From NCBI GenBank assembly GCA_030141605.1, contig JAQGDQ010000001.1, forward strand, positions 2,542,001-2,606,000: a DNA stretch of 64,000 nucleotides. The letters are read 5' to 3'. Under the pieces are notes generated by a model, which searched no databases, was not told the DNA's origin, and saw only the letters and a list, made by a program, of their open reading frames with translations. Source of the DNA: Tubiluchus corallicola. Taxonomy: Eukaryota > Animalia > Priapulida. This document shows, in pieces, positions 40,508 through 52,839 of this stretch (positions within the stretch are counted from its first letter, which is position 1; each line of letters opens with the position of its first letter). The translations under genes and the position numbers were made by a program.

Positions 40508-43500
40508 CTACTGCATGCTGTTTAGGATCCAGGTACGATACTGGGTGACTCGTGCGTAGACTCCCGGGTAACGCCTGTCAGCACATCCATAACCCCAGGA
40601 TACCACACCTATCTGTAAATAGGTGCTTTTCTGGACCAGCGGCCCGCCAGAATCACCCTAACAAAAAGACAACATTAGCGTTAAAAGTTGTATTAATAAT
40701 AATAGTGTTCGTACTAGATCATGTGTGAATTGTTTTTTAAATTTGAATTTTGAGCGCGTAAGGATCAATAGATTTATCTTGAGTGATGATATCAGAGTGA
40801 CCACTGACTTCACTTAAGTTTGTAGTTTGTTAGATTCAAATTAGTTAGTTGTGATGCATAACATAAGTTGTGTGTCAATTTCCTATTAGTCCGGTATGAT
40901 GCGAAACAAGAAGAATTAATTTCATATCAGTCAGGCATAACACATGACAGGAGTGATTAAATTTTGTTAATTTCATATCAAACAGGTTTAAAACATGACA
41001 AGAAAAATCTGTTAATTTCGTGTCAGTCAGATGTGATACATGGCAAGAGTGAAGTGTTAATTTCATATGAGTCAGGGTGTAATACATGACAAACTGATCA
41101 GTTTATTTCGTATCAGTCAGGTGTAATAAGATGTGATACATGGCCAGAGTGATGTGTTAATTTCATATATCTGTCAGGTGTGATGCATGGCAAGAGAGAT
41201 GTGTTAATTTAATGTCATGTCAATCAAGTGTAATACATGATAAGAGTGATCAGTTCATATCAAGCAGATAAGATGCAAATTCTCGAATAAGTGTAAACAA
41301 CACGCATATTCATAACCTACCTGACAGGAATCTTTACCACCGTCTTCGTATCCAGCACAGAGCATGCCATCGGTGATGGAACCTGAGCCATATTTGCTAT
41401 CACAATCCGAATTGCTAATGACAGGAACGTCAACAGCTCGCAATTGACTGGAAATTTGACCACCTGCAAAAACGTATTAAAAACGTTTACATATTCCTTT
41501 CCGAAAGCAGGGATAGAAGGTTCTTAAAGAATAATAAATATTGGTAATTTATAACAAGTCATATAAGTGGCAAGTATGATTGTAAAAATTTTACATGATG
41601 TAGAGCGGCTAGGTATAACTGCAAATTTAGCAATGTACAAAAACGAACCATTTATAGCATTATTGATTGAAACTGATGAAGATTTTTGCGAAATAATAAA
41701 CATCGGCTGTTGATAAATTGGGTTGCAAAAATTTTTAAACTGTATAAATCAGTTTGAGCAAAGGTATTAATGTTACCTGAACTAGTAGTTCCCCAACCAC
41801 TAACAGTTGCTTGGGCATTGACAAAGTTACCACTGCTAGCCAGTTCCACAGTTCTATGAACATTGCCTGTTAGTGATGTCGAAAGGTGCAGAACTGCGAC
41901 GTCATTGTTTAATGTAAATGGATTATAACTTTCGTGCTGCACGATCCTTGACACCTGCAAAAGTTAAGTACTAATATAGTGACGTTAGGCATTCTAAGTG
42001 TGGGATGCTTTTTGTTTCGCTTGTCTCCAGCAACGCTCAAACCCAGTACAGTTTATGTGTTTGGTGAGAGATAATCAGTTTCTAAGTGTCACTATAGAAA
42101 GTTTCGAATGTCGAAACTCCATAGCACTGACTGAAATGGACAGGCACCATTATTAAATTATTTAGTTACTGTAATTACTACGAATTTGGCAAAGTCTTGC
42201 TTAGCATTAACTATGATCTTTAAAAATGAAATTTGATGGCAGTAGATCACGACACCCCGTTTCTCTTTTTCATACTGATGCAGTCGCTGATTTGGAAAGT
42301 AAATTTATACCTTTACTGTTTCACCGCCTCTGCTATGGTAACTGGATCCAGCTCGAACTGTAAGTGATGATGCCGAAACTCTACAATAGAAAATATACAA
42401 TTAAACAACGTGCGGTGCGGCTCTTGTAATGCATAATTATATTTATGAAGTATAATTATTAAGTTTGACACATTTTTTAAGACTACTTCTTCATTTTTTT
42501 TCTGATTTCAAATGTTCCACCAAGGTACTTACTCCATATAATCTGTTTTTATATGGAATTCAAAAACAATGAGTGAACTAGGCAGAACTTCTGGTACCCA
42601 TGTCCTCAAATTCAATGTCTTCGCGTGACTTTGACCTGATCTGCCCCCCCCCCCCCCTTCCCCTAAATGATACGAATTCTTCCAAATTAATAACTCCCCT
42701 GTGAAATGATTATGTATTTGTTAGTTTTCTATTTGACGCAAAATTTACCAAACCTAGGCTTTGCTTTTAAATTCATAGTTATTTCTGTTAACGACTTAAT
42801 AAGCATTTGACACACATTCATGCGAGCTAACGATGACATTTTATAAAGAGCTGGCTCTTTGTTACTATACGTATATAAATTTTTCAGTTTCCACCCACTT
42901 TTGTGTATCAGTTGTGTCAGCGATTTGTTTTGCGGGTCATTAGAAAATTAAAGATATTTAATATGATTGTATACTAATATAGGTAACCAGCACCAGGTAT
43001 ACTTTTTCAAATTTGTTGTTCTCTGCGAAAATTTCAGAATTTTCTCATGTAACGGATTCCACTCCCATTTACACTTAGTAGCTTAATCAAGTAGCTCACG
43101 GATATTTCAAAGTGATTTTTGATCCTCACCGATACATGTCCGTCTCTAAGGTTCTAAAATACATTACTTACCCTCTAATGCAGTGAGCCGCTGTTAGGAT
43201 GTTTCTGGCATCTAGCACTGACCCTCCGCAAGACAAAGAACCGTACCTCAGTAGCGCAATCTGTAAAGTTACAAAATGACAGTTGACTAAAAAACAAGCC
43301 ATGTCATCTGATGAAGCGAATATTGGCTCTCTATAGGAGCTACAATCAGTTATCAAAATTTTCCGATTTAGTGTAATTAAACGATAGACACTAACTGTAA
43401 CATTGGCAATTGCAGTATGTAGTAGTAGTAGTAGTAGTAGTAGTAGAGTACAAACACATGCTGTCCGAGTTCGGATCTCGTGACCAAATGCAGCTCGGAT

Positions 43501-44356
43501 TCCAGTCACTACTATCTCCACCACCACTACAAAAACATATTTGTTATCCTTTGCTGCAGTGAGCCAATGTCAAGAACTTTCCGTCATCAAGACTTAGCCC
43601 AACTGCGTCACCACCACAGCCACCGGCAGGCCATTCTCACGCACCCAAACAGAGATTTTGAATGAGAGCATATAACCGCATTTCAGTTGTTATAATGTTT
43701 TGAAATGATCAAGAACAAACCTGGTAAGGATGTTGAGTTATATCTACGATTTCACCGCCGACAATCTTTGAATCGTCATTAGGTGGCTTAAAACCTAAAT
43801 GATTCAAACAAAATATTAACTGCATAACATAAAATTAATTGATAACTAACTGTAGTTAGTTATGCAATCGAGCATGAGTGATATTACGACATAAGATCAC
43901 AATTTTGACTGGATTTTAGTTTTCAAAATATTGTTTTTGAGCAATTAAAGGAAAGAATTCTGCTGCAGGCGCTCTCGAATTGACAATAATCGTTTTTGTT
44001 GCTAAACGAAAATTTTTACCAAATTTTGCCTTTGGCCTTCAAAATTGCATTGCATAATAAAAAAACTTATATTACGCTATGTTGCTTTATCACACTGAAA
44101 TTTACGTTATACTAAATTACAGTGTATATTAGATTTAATGTCATCAAAACAAAAATGTTAGCAGAAATTAATTATTTAAAAGGCTATATAACATAAGATC
44201 TTGTCTCGCAAAAAGCAACACAATAAAGGTAAATTACAGACAAGCATGTAATGAATTGCGAAATAAAAAGTACTTACCCACTGGAAGACGCGGCCAAAGT
44301 GGCCTCTCCCCTGCAGATGCAAGAGCTATCAAGGCAAGTAGAATAAGATACTTCAT
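40508..44356 (-). CDS. Trypsinogen (S1A serine protease) A, 260 aa; exons 44356-44278, 43794-43721, 43260-43172, 42380-42311, 41954-41777, 41463-41321, 40657-40508
   Basis: Signal peptide [15 protein letters not shown], activation site NDDSK|IVGG, TAAHC, NNDVA, KDSCQ-GDSGGP (S1 Asp), [13 protein letters not shown]. All six introns are GT-AG and in phase. Confidence 0.95.
40880..41260. repeat. Degenerate ~45-bp minisatellite (about 8 copies) in the last intron of trypsin A
   Basis: Recurrent TTAATTTCATATCAGTCAGG...ACATGRCAAGAGTGA unit. Confidence 0.8.
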
Positions 44357-44375
44357 CCTGGCGGTTCACTGTCGC

Positions 44376-44510
44376 ACTGAATTAAACGTTTCAGTGTTGT
44401 CATTTTATACTGTTGCTGGCCTCTAGTGGGAATTATCGTGTGGGAATTGAGCATATTTGTCACGATGCTTGCATCTGAAGTAAACAACATGATAATAAAA
44501 TAAACAAAGA
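44376..44510 (-). promoter_or_regulatory. Trypsin A promoter: TATA box, Inr, and GATA/CSL/forkhead module
   Basis: TATAAAA at 44409-44403, ~30 bp upstream of a TCAGT initiator (44380-44376). Upstream block conserved with trypsin B. Confidence 0.75.
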
Positions 44511-45339
44511 CACAAATCAACAAGATTTTTGATTACAAGGTGGTCTGTATTGCGTCCTTTTCACATTATTTCTGCACTGAAGTAGACAAACGGTTGATCT
44601 AGGTTAATGCTTTTCTAATAGACAAAATTGAAATGAAATAAATATAAAACGAAACTATAAAAACAAAACCAAAAATGTATTAACAGTTACCAAAATAAAA
44701 TGCAATTTCAGTAAATGCATTGCTTTAGTTGGTTTGCAGATCAAACTCTAATCTACGTCTGCGTTACAGCTTTCAAATTCCCATGCTATTGATATTGACA
44801 TCAAACAATTGCGTAATTCAATAAAAGAGCCTCGTATACAAACGCCAATAAGCAAAAAATATAAAACACTCTAGGTCATTTTCTCGTTCTGAATTGTGCA
44901 AAACTGAGATGATTTTTACTGCACTATTCTACAATTTGGTTCTCTAATCTTCCATATAGAAGGTATAGTGCAATAAAAATGCATTTTGCCTGAAAGCTAC
45001 AATGAGGAATCTACAGCAACAACCCATAACATCCACACCACGCCACCCAGACAATCCACATCCCACCCAGACAGCCACAACCCACATCTATCAAATCAAA
45101 AATTGACCACTTGCAATAAAGAGCAATAATAAAGCCAAATTCTAATATTTTATGTGCAGCAAGTCTGCTGGTTAATTAATATTACACGATAATTCACGTT
45201 CGAGATACTGTATCCGCAGATTTTGCAAACATCGCTCAGGCAGTTGAGTTGAAGTTATCATCTCAGAAATTTCAGCCAATGAAACCAATTTCTATTTGGC
45301 ACATGTACTGGACTAAAAGTTTTCTAGGTAGTAAAATGC

Positions 45340-45720
45340 TTTTAAAGGAAGTGCGATACCTCACATCAGGATCCTATATAAAGGCATTGGAAAAAGTCTG
45401 TGTTAGAGAAGGTGATCACTGATCCTGAGGCAAGAAAGCTCCTCAGATGAATAAATGGGAGTCTGCTACACAAATGATGAAGTAAAAGTAAATATAACGA
45501 CATTTGTTCTCTCCAAAGTTTATACTAAGAGTGTAACACTAACCAGGTCCTGTGAGCAAGGGACAGCATCCAAGTGGCACTTACGGAAAAAGTGGAGTAT
45601 GATCCGTCTCCTACCTGATGATGACATGTTAGATCATGTGAAAAGGACGAAGCACATCTCATACTGCCGGATCCATTATACCATGATAGAAGATCCATTC
45701 CTAATTGACGTCAAATAAAA
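45340..45720 (+). mobile_element. Degraded coding fragment, probably repeat/transposon-derived
   Basis: A broken CDT...GIGK motif followed by KW..KK.S.IRLLPDDDMLDHVKR resembles the GCD..S.F.G.GK and LPP...H..RA blocks of uncharacterised repeat-encoded invertebrate proteins (from memory). Frameshifted. Confidence 0.35.
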
Positions 45721-46479
45721 TGTCAATCATTCTCAGTCAAGCTCTGCTGACTGACCAATCAGCGTGCATATTTTTCAAACTCCCACAGAACCGGTTCATT
45801 ACCTTGTCTTTTGGGACAACAGCTCTAACTATGTATTGTCGGTTTATGTCATATTCTTATGAAAAATGCTCAACTTTTCATAAGTTTACGGAAGAGAAAT
45901 CAGCCTGGTTTTGGATCTTATTACAGGATGTCGATTGTCTGTATTGTCGATTAAAGTTGGAGAAGAATTAGTGGAAATACATAGTATAATTTCGTTTTTT
46001 ATAGGAAGAAATGCGCAGCGCTTGCGTCTATGAGTTACTGATTTTCTCATTAATAAAATACACAGTTTAGTTTAATGTACGAGCTTGCAAGGTAGATAAA
46101 GACAAGCATTAGCTTTTAAAAATACAAATTAACTTAACGAGGTTAATTAGGCCGATCATATGACGCTGCTCATATGATTATGATCATATGATCAAATGTA
46201 AAATGGCCTACTTGAACAGAGGTGACAATGAAATTTATTATTTTATATTGAAGCCCGAATTGCCAGATATAAATGATTCAAGATCAACATGCATGAAAAA
46301 ATTACAGCCTGAGCACTTCTAAGTAGGTTTGCGCAGGTAATAGGGATAGCAATAGTTGAAGCCCAGCGGTAGAGTTGAACTCATCCACGTGACTACGTGA
46401 CAGCAGTCAGGATTATATGGTAAGCGAGCACACTCATAGGAATTCACATTCAGGCAAAACGTTTCCTTTCTGGCCGGTT

Positions 46480-47160
46480 TTTATAAACCTCAATAAGATC
46501 TTCAGGGTCCAAATTAATTCAAATGTGGACAAAGCTTATGTTATATATCAAAGCGGCCGGCTTTCGGGACAACAGCTCACGCTTGTCTCAACTAAACTAA
46601 ACTAAACTAAACAACTAATGTCTAATCAGCAGATAAACTGACTGCACTTTTTCGTAAACAGATTTGCAGAGCAGCAGCAATTTTTAAACGAAATTAACAC
46701 TTCGAGTAGCCAAAAATGACTTTTCAATTTAAACAGAATGTAGAGAAGAAGTTTCAGAGCATTACGAAATACAGAGACATAAGTATAATAAAGAAACTAA
46801 GCCAGTTAGCCTTGGTTTACAATAAATGAACAACAAAAATATTAAGTCTCTCTTGCCTTTGAATATACGAACATCATTCATGCCTACCATGCCTTTTTTT
46901 CTACGTTAACTGATTATGTGCTCGTCTGCAAGATTTATTTAGTATTTGTATTTTTCCGTTTGGTAGGCTAAGGAAAATGGAACAAATTTGATTGTTCCAT
47001 TCCATAGACGACCATTATATTGAATGGCCGATGGCATCTTTTAACCATGATTATAACCAGAAAAATAGCGTAAATAGCTAATACTACATTGATGTATAAT
47101 ATAAGTTTTGACCACATTTGAATTAATTTTGACTGTGAAGATCTCATTGAGGTTTATAAA
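46480..47160. mobile_element. MITE-like element with ~71-bp terminal inverted repeats
   Basis: 46480-46550 (TTTATAAACCTCAATAAGATCTTCAGGGTCCAAATTAATTCAAATGTGG...) is the near reverse complement of 47090-47160. No ORF; no clear TSD. Confidence 0.75.
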
Positions 47161-47643
47161 CTAAACTAAACTGCGCATTTTCTTGACTGCAAAATGGTTT
47201 AATCAGCAACTCATTGATGTAAGCGTCGTGCATTTCTTCTTATAAACGAAACTAGACTATACTAGTAATTCTACTAATTCACTTGCAATTTCGATTGACA
47301 ATAACGAAATCTAGAACCAGGCCAATATTTCTCCCGTTAACTAATGAAAAGTTGAGAATTTTCCACAACAGTGTTAGACGGAGCTGTAGCGAAATGTCCC
47401 GAACATACCTGCATTAATTAAGCTCTGCAGGTGTGTTCAATAACTTGCACGCTGATTGGTCCGTCAACGAAAATGATTGACATTATGTTAGATGTCAATT
47501 ACCATCATATGGATTAGGCTGAAGTTGCAAACATTGTGTATTTACATAAAGTGTATATATGTACACTTTAACTTTCAGAATATTCAGAAAATGATATCTA
47601 AAAGAACTAATCTGCGTGGCGTCGGTATTATCTTTTTGTTGGA

Positions 47644-49053
47644 TCATTGTTCAGCATAAGCATGATAAGATGAGCCCACCAGCGTTGCGGTTATTATTTT
47701 CGTAGCTACATTGGTCACCATTTTGGGTGTTGTTATTCAGACAGAGTGTAGATATTTGGCGATTCTTTATTTTGGACACATTTCTGGCCACTATGTGGGA
47801 GTGAGAGGGACGGCGATCTAAACTGACGTTAGCCTAGAATCTTCTCGCATGTTGATTATTATGGTATAGCACATTTGGGTATATTGTTCAATGTGGGCTT
47901 GCACAAATAACAGACAGACAAACAGACACAAAGACAGAGAAACATATTTTCGTCTTTATATATATTGATAAAAATGTGTGAGATTCAATATTTTACTCAT
48001 AAGCACAGTGCGCAGCCGTCAGGATGACATTGTTGCTAATGATCGAGCCATCACACACAGAACTGGAGCTGCCGACTTGTTTCAGCAGCGCACCATGTGT
48101 AATATGAATATGATGATTAAGAACTAAATCATTTTCTATTATTTGTTATACTTTTATACGTATAGGTCTGAAACAGCCTTAAAGCGCAAGAAAACCCTCC
48201 ACTTACATAAAGATAAAAAATTCGTCTTGAAATTTTAAACCACTTACGTACTAACTTTTCGTATGCATGGCTTGCATCGGCCCTTAAACTCCCGCGATGA
48301 TCGTTAGGCGCAGCCATTTTAATGGTAGGTCGTTTGATACAAGTTTTGATAACATTAAGTAATGTTTGAAAAAATAATCAGAGCATTCGTAGCATACACG
48401 TTGCTAATTAAGTAAAATTTTAAATTATTGAATTTTGTCAATAAGATTAAAAATACGTTTTTAGCTAGTGAGTGGCGCACCCTGGAGGGTGATTCAGCGA
48501 CATTTTACCAATTGGCACAGTCTAGTCGCATAAGTCTTTCCACCAGGTAAGTGAAATGCTAGATAATATGGATTTGCACGGAAAGTTTTTTGGGTCGTCA
48601 TAATTTAACATTGTCTTTTCTTCCCCTGATTTGCGTGGCGTAGCGACGTCATGTAATGGCGCCGTCGGTACAGTATTGCGGGAGATTTAAAATGAAAAAC
48701 AAACAAAAATTCCTTTCAAAGCGAATACGATATGTGCATAAAATTGCTGTAAAGTAGTATAATTTTTTAAGGCGATTTTTCTGAAATTTTGCCTACTTCA
48801 GGCACCCCTTTTCTTGTCCTTTAAACCCTGGGACAGACATATGCCTGTTGCGCGATTTCAAATTACACATTGTGTGCACGAATTGTGTCTGCCTTTGAAC
48901 TCCATTACGGCTGCTGCTTGCAATGTACTTCATTGTATTTATCATGCGAGAATCAAACTATAAATTTTGTGTGACAAACCTGATACTTATAATCATCAGT
49001 TTTTACTTCGGTACCACCCACTATTTTGGAATCATCATTAGATACCTTCCAAC
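47644..49053 (-). pseudogene. Third trypsin paralogue, pseudogene; exon 2 (49053-48980), exon 3 (48094-47997), exon 4 remnant (~47705-47644)
   Basis: Exon 2 encodes [25 protein letters not shown] (74 nt, intact splice sites). Exon 3 encodes GALLKQ...[20 protein letters not shown] but its acceptor reads CAT. Exon 4 has VGSSYHA out of frame and followed by TGA. No later exons recognised. Confidence 0.85.
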
Positions 49054-52000
49054 CTGTAAATAAAAAATATATAATCCAAACAAAAGACATCTAGACTCGT
49101 AATATATATATATATATATTTTCATTCAGTGAAGAATCTAGTTTCTCCTTAATGCCTAAAATGACAAAAATGAGTATAATAAATTTTTCTTTCCGTTTGA
49201 GTTAATGCGGGATTTAGTAGCGTGGTCGGTCGAGTTATACTGCAAAGACGAATGGGGTACTTTTAGTAGCCTATCTGAAGCTCCAGTGCTGGATTAAGCC
49301 AAATAACATAAAAATAATGAACCATTTGTTAAAATAGAATACGACTTTAAAAAGGATTATTTATGTTATGTATATTATTAATGTATGTACATGTACGTAA
49401 AATTATATACGGCCTAAACCACCTGTATGTGGCACTATGCGCAAAACAATATCAATGTTATAATATAATTAAACTACGCATTACTTATTGGTTGTAGACT
49501 GTATGTGTCTGAAGTGCAATTAACCATTCACTTACAGAATAATTACTGTTAGCGCCATAGCGCAAATATAAGAAAACATTATTACGCCCGCATCTCACAG
49601 GTTTGATTTTACCAATTTCAAAATGGCATGCAAAATTTGTCCTATCAGAGCCAACAATTTACAGTAAGACACAAAATTGAGGGGAAATGTTGTACCTTGT
49701 ATTTCGAGAATGCAGGTTGTAATTAATGGCACAAAGTTGAAAATCATCAGTAACACAAAACACGAACAACGCAAATCCTTGTTTACAAAGATGCATGTAC
49801 GACTTGTTTCTTTAATCATTAAGGCCATTACTTATTGGCCAGAGCAGACATGTAATTTTCATTTGTGCAATTAAAAATTCCAAACTCTGTAAATATCTAA
49901 AGTCTATAAGAGCGCGCTGACATGCAATTTTTAATTGTACAATTTTTAATAAAAATAAAAATACACTAATTAAGCGCGAGAAAGAAAGCTGTGTCTATGA
50001 GGAAGCAGCATCAAACATGCAAAAGAAGAAAAGAAAAACAAATTACTGGAGATAATTCATTGTTAGACCTATTATCTCTGCTACTATCTTTCAGGAAATT
50101 CAGTGGCAAATTCAGAAAATGGAGATCAAAATACGAAGTTTTGAAATTGAAAAGCGTATTGCGAACTCATCTCTGTGCAATGAACATTTCTACTGCCGCT
50201 GCTGATTACCCTGTTAGACTATACCATGTACTTGCATCAGACAGTAGATTTACACCTCTCCAGCGTTAGAAGAACGCGAACTTAAAAGAACTTTAAATTG
50301 TGTGAACTGTAAGGTACAAATTTTATATTTAACCAATTCATATTACTGATATTAGCTTGTAACTTCTGTAACAATTACATTTGGATTTTGTGTATTTTTT
50401 AAATTAGCAGTTTTTTCGTTTCTGCAGTTTAATTGTATAATGAATAGCTTTAAAGCCAAGTGAATCAGCACTGTCACCAGTTCATTAACAATGTAACTGC
50501 CTAAATGCTATAAAAGTGTAGACAGGGAATGGATCCCTGAGAAAAACCTGTCTGGTGCGCAAAAAAGTAGGAACAGGTTTTCCCCCCGTAAAGGTTATTC
50601 TTATAGAGGTCCTCTAAGGACTTATATAGCAGGGTTATGAGCAGATTAAATAGATAATAACAATTATTATCGTAAAATCAATGTGACGTCTTCTAACCTT
50701 TATTTTATATTATTACTGTAATTCAATATGAACGTCTAACCTTGTAACATTAAGAAAATAATATTTGCATCTTGATGTTTTAATCAATTGGTTTTTTACT
50801 TTTATTTAATTTCTAGCTAGTAACTATAGTGAAGATCAACAAAACACCAATTTCTTTCTAATAATATGTTTTTCGAGAAATTCCTTTAGATTACAGTCAG
50901 TCTAATTACATCAGAATCCCTCATTTCAAAAGCAAACACATGCTATAAAAATTTTAAGTTCTTGACATGATGCCGAAAGCAAGCACATGTCCAAGAAAAA
51001 TAAAATTTTAAGTTCTCGACAGAAACCGCAAATAATATTATAAATTTTATATGCCATCAATTGGGCATAGGATTTCCTAGCAGTAACCGCTGCTTTTAGC
51101 AGATGCCTTGTATTTTGAATTCTATATATTTTTTAATATACTTTTTGTATAACATGTGGTGGTTCTAATGGTGCAGGCCATATAATGTGTCTTAGTATAA
51201 TATTTTATATGACCTTTTTATTTACTGAAAGGAATTTTAAATAAAAAATTAATGAAAAAATTATCATTTCTTTAGCATACTAGGCTTAAAAGGTAATTTA
51301 ATAATAAATAAATTAAGCTTGGAGTACAAATTGTCAATTGGCATATAGGCCTAATGTTCGTTTGTTTTTGTAAGTTCTTGATGCTAATGTGATATCTTTT
51401 TATCTTTGAATGATATCTGTTATTATTTAGAGGACGAAGTAAGGCTTGTAAGATTACTGCATTTTTATTGATTCTTTTTTATATTGTAACAATGTATTTC
51501 ATAGCTGTGTAAAACACGTTTGAACTACTCAGTAAATTGAATTGGACTTTGGCCATCGGTAGAATCTGTACATCTTTACTAACGAACCGTTTAATTTCTA
51601 AACATGCGTAACATTCCCTGATATCGGCTTCTATGTGTCTTCACCTATAGGTCCTAGACACAATCCACTTTGCCATGCCCCTCACTTCTTTTATTTAAAC
51701 CGACTTTCTATGGAAAGGAGTTTTTGTTTTATTCTTTATTTAAACTCCCAAGTTTAGTTCATGAGTGTGTCGTTCAAGGGCTGCTTTTACCTAACAACTG
51801 AATGCTGTGTTGAATTGTAACAGCAGACCACAATTTGTACTAGAATATTGCTCTCTGTTGTACTGGTGGCGCCTATTGTTGCTTCACATTTTGTGGGAGA
51901 CTAGCAACCCCTTTTTTGCGCTCGCACGGTTTTTCAATTTATGGACTTATCTGTGTTCAAGACAAATGTTTCACCTATTGTTGGTCCTCTTTGCACTCTT

Positions 52001-52839
52001 GTGCATTGCAATGAGATCACCTTTCCCATTAATGCATGAATTGTGCTGCGTCTTTTTGTTGGGTAGCCAACTTAACAAGAAGACTCTGCAGTTTGTGTAA
52101 AGGCTTTTCATAAATAACATAGGCATAGTTATTGTATGTTATAGCTATGTATGTTACACCTCTCAAGCATTTTCGATGCTAATGAAGTACCATCAGTAAC
52201 TATCTTTTTTGCCAGGCATCATTTTTATTTTTAAGCTGTTTTCCATATGCTATTCAACTGCATTGTTCACGTAACTATCAAGTGTCATCTCATCTTGTTT
52301 CCGGTTAGTATAAAATACTAGTGAACGTTTATAGTAAACCTGCAGTATTTTTCTCTTGGAGTTATTTCTTAAAGTAAAATACAGAATATGAAACTAATAA
52401 AGATGAATGCAAGCCATACTTGTGCTGAGTTGCAAATTATAAGTGACAACTGACGTTCGTTTTATAACAACAGGACTCTACCAATAAGCCCTTATGCACA
52501 TAATAATTGCTATTAGTAAAACGTAGCTCATGCATGAATTAAATGTATTGTGACAGATCAACATTATTTAAAATAACAATATTTAAATTCAATTCATAAA
52601 TTTCATTATTTACTCACACAGTGATAACCTGGAAAAACGCGGAACAGTGCACATTACTTTCAGTAATTTTTGAAGCTAATTGTACTTCATAAATCTGTAT
52701 TTAGTTTCTCTGAAATATCGCATCCGGATTCTCTAAAGACTGACTAGCTGTCGTGACAGAAATATAGCTTCTATAGATTAAGGTATTTTAACAATTTACG
52801 CTTGATGAAAACTTTTTTTAGCCATGAACCGTTGATAAT

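Noticed and set aside
40880-41260. Repeat array superficially like CRISPR
   Set aside because: Eukaryotic intron, degenerate tandem units, no unique spacers and no cas genes.
45612-45650. CTGATGA...CATG..CATG..GAAA as another hammerhead
   Set aside because: No stem III, NUH site or stem I; lies within a decayed coding fragment.
46320-46450. YNP-containing minus-strand stretch as exon 5 of the trypsin pseudogene
   Set aside because: No NDVA or GWG motifs and no splice sites; similarity too weak.
49536-49579. MFSYICAMALTVII + GTAAGT as exon 1 of the pseudogene
   Set aside because: Phase 2 rather than phase 1, no similarity to the WPRLP exon of the paralogues and no promoter module upstream.
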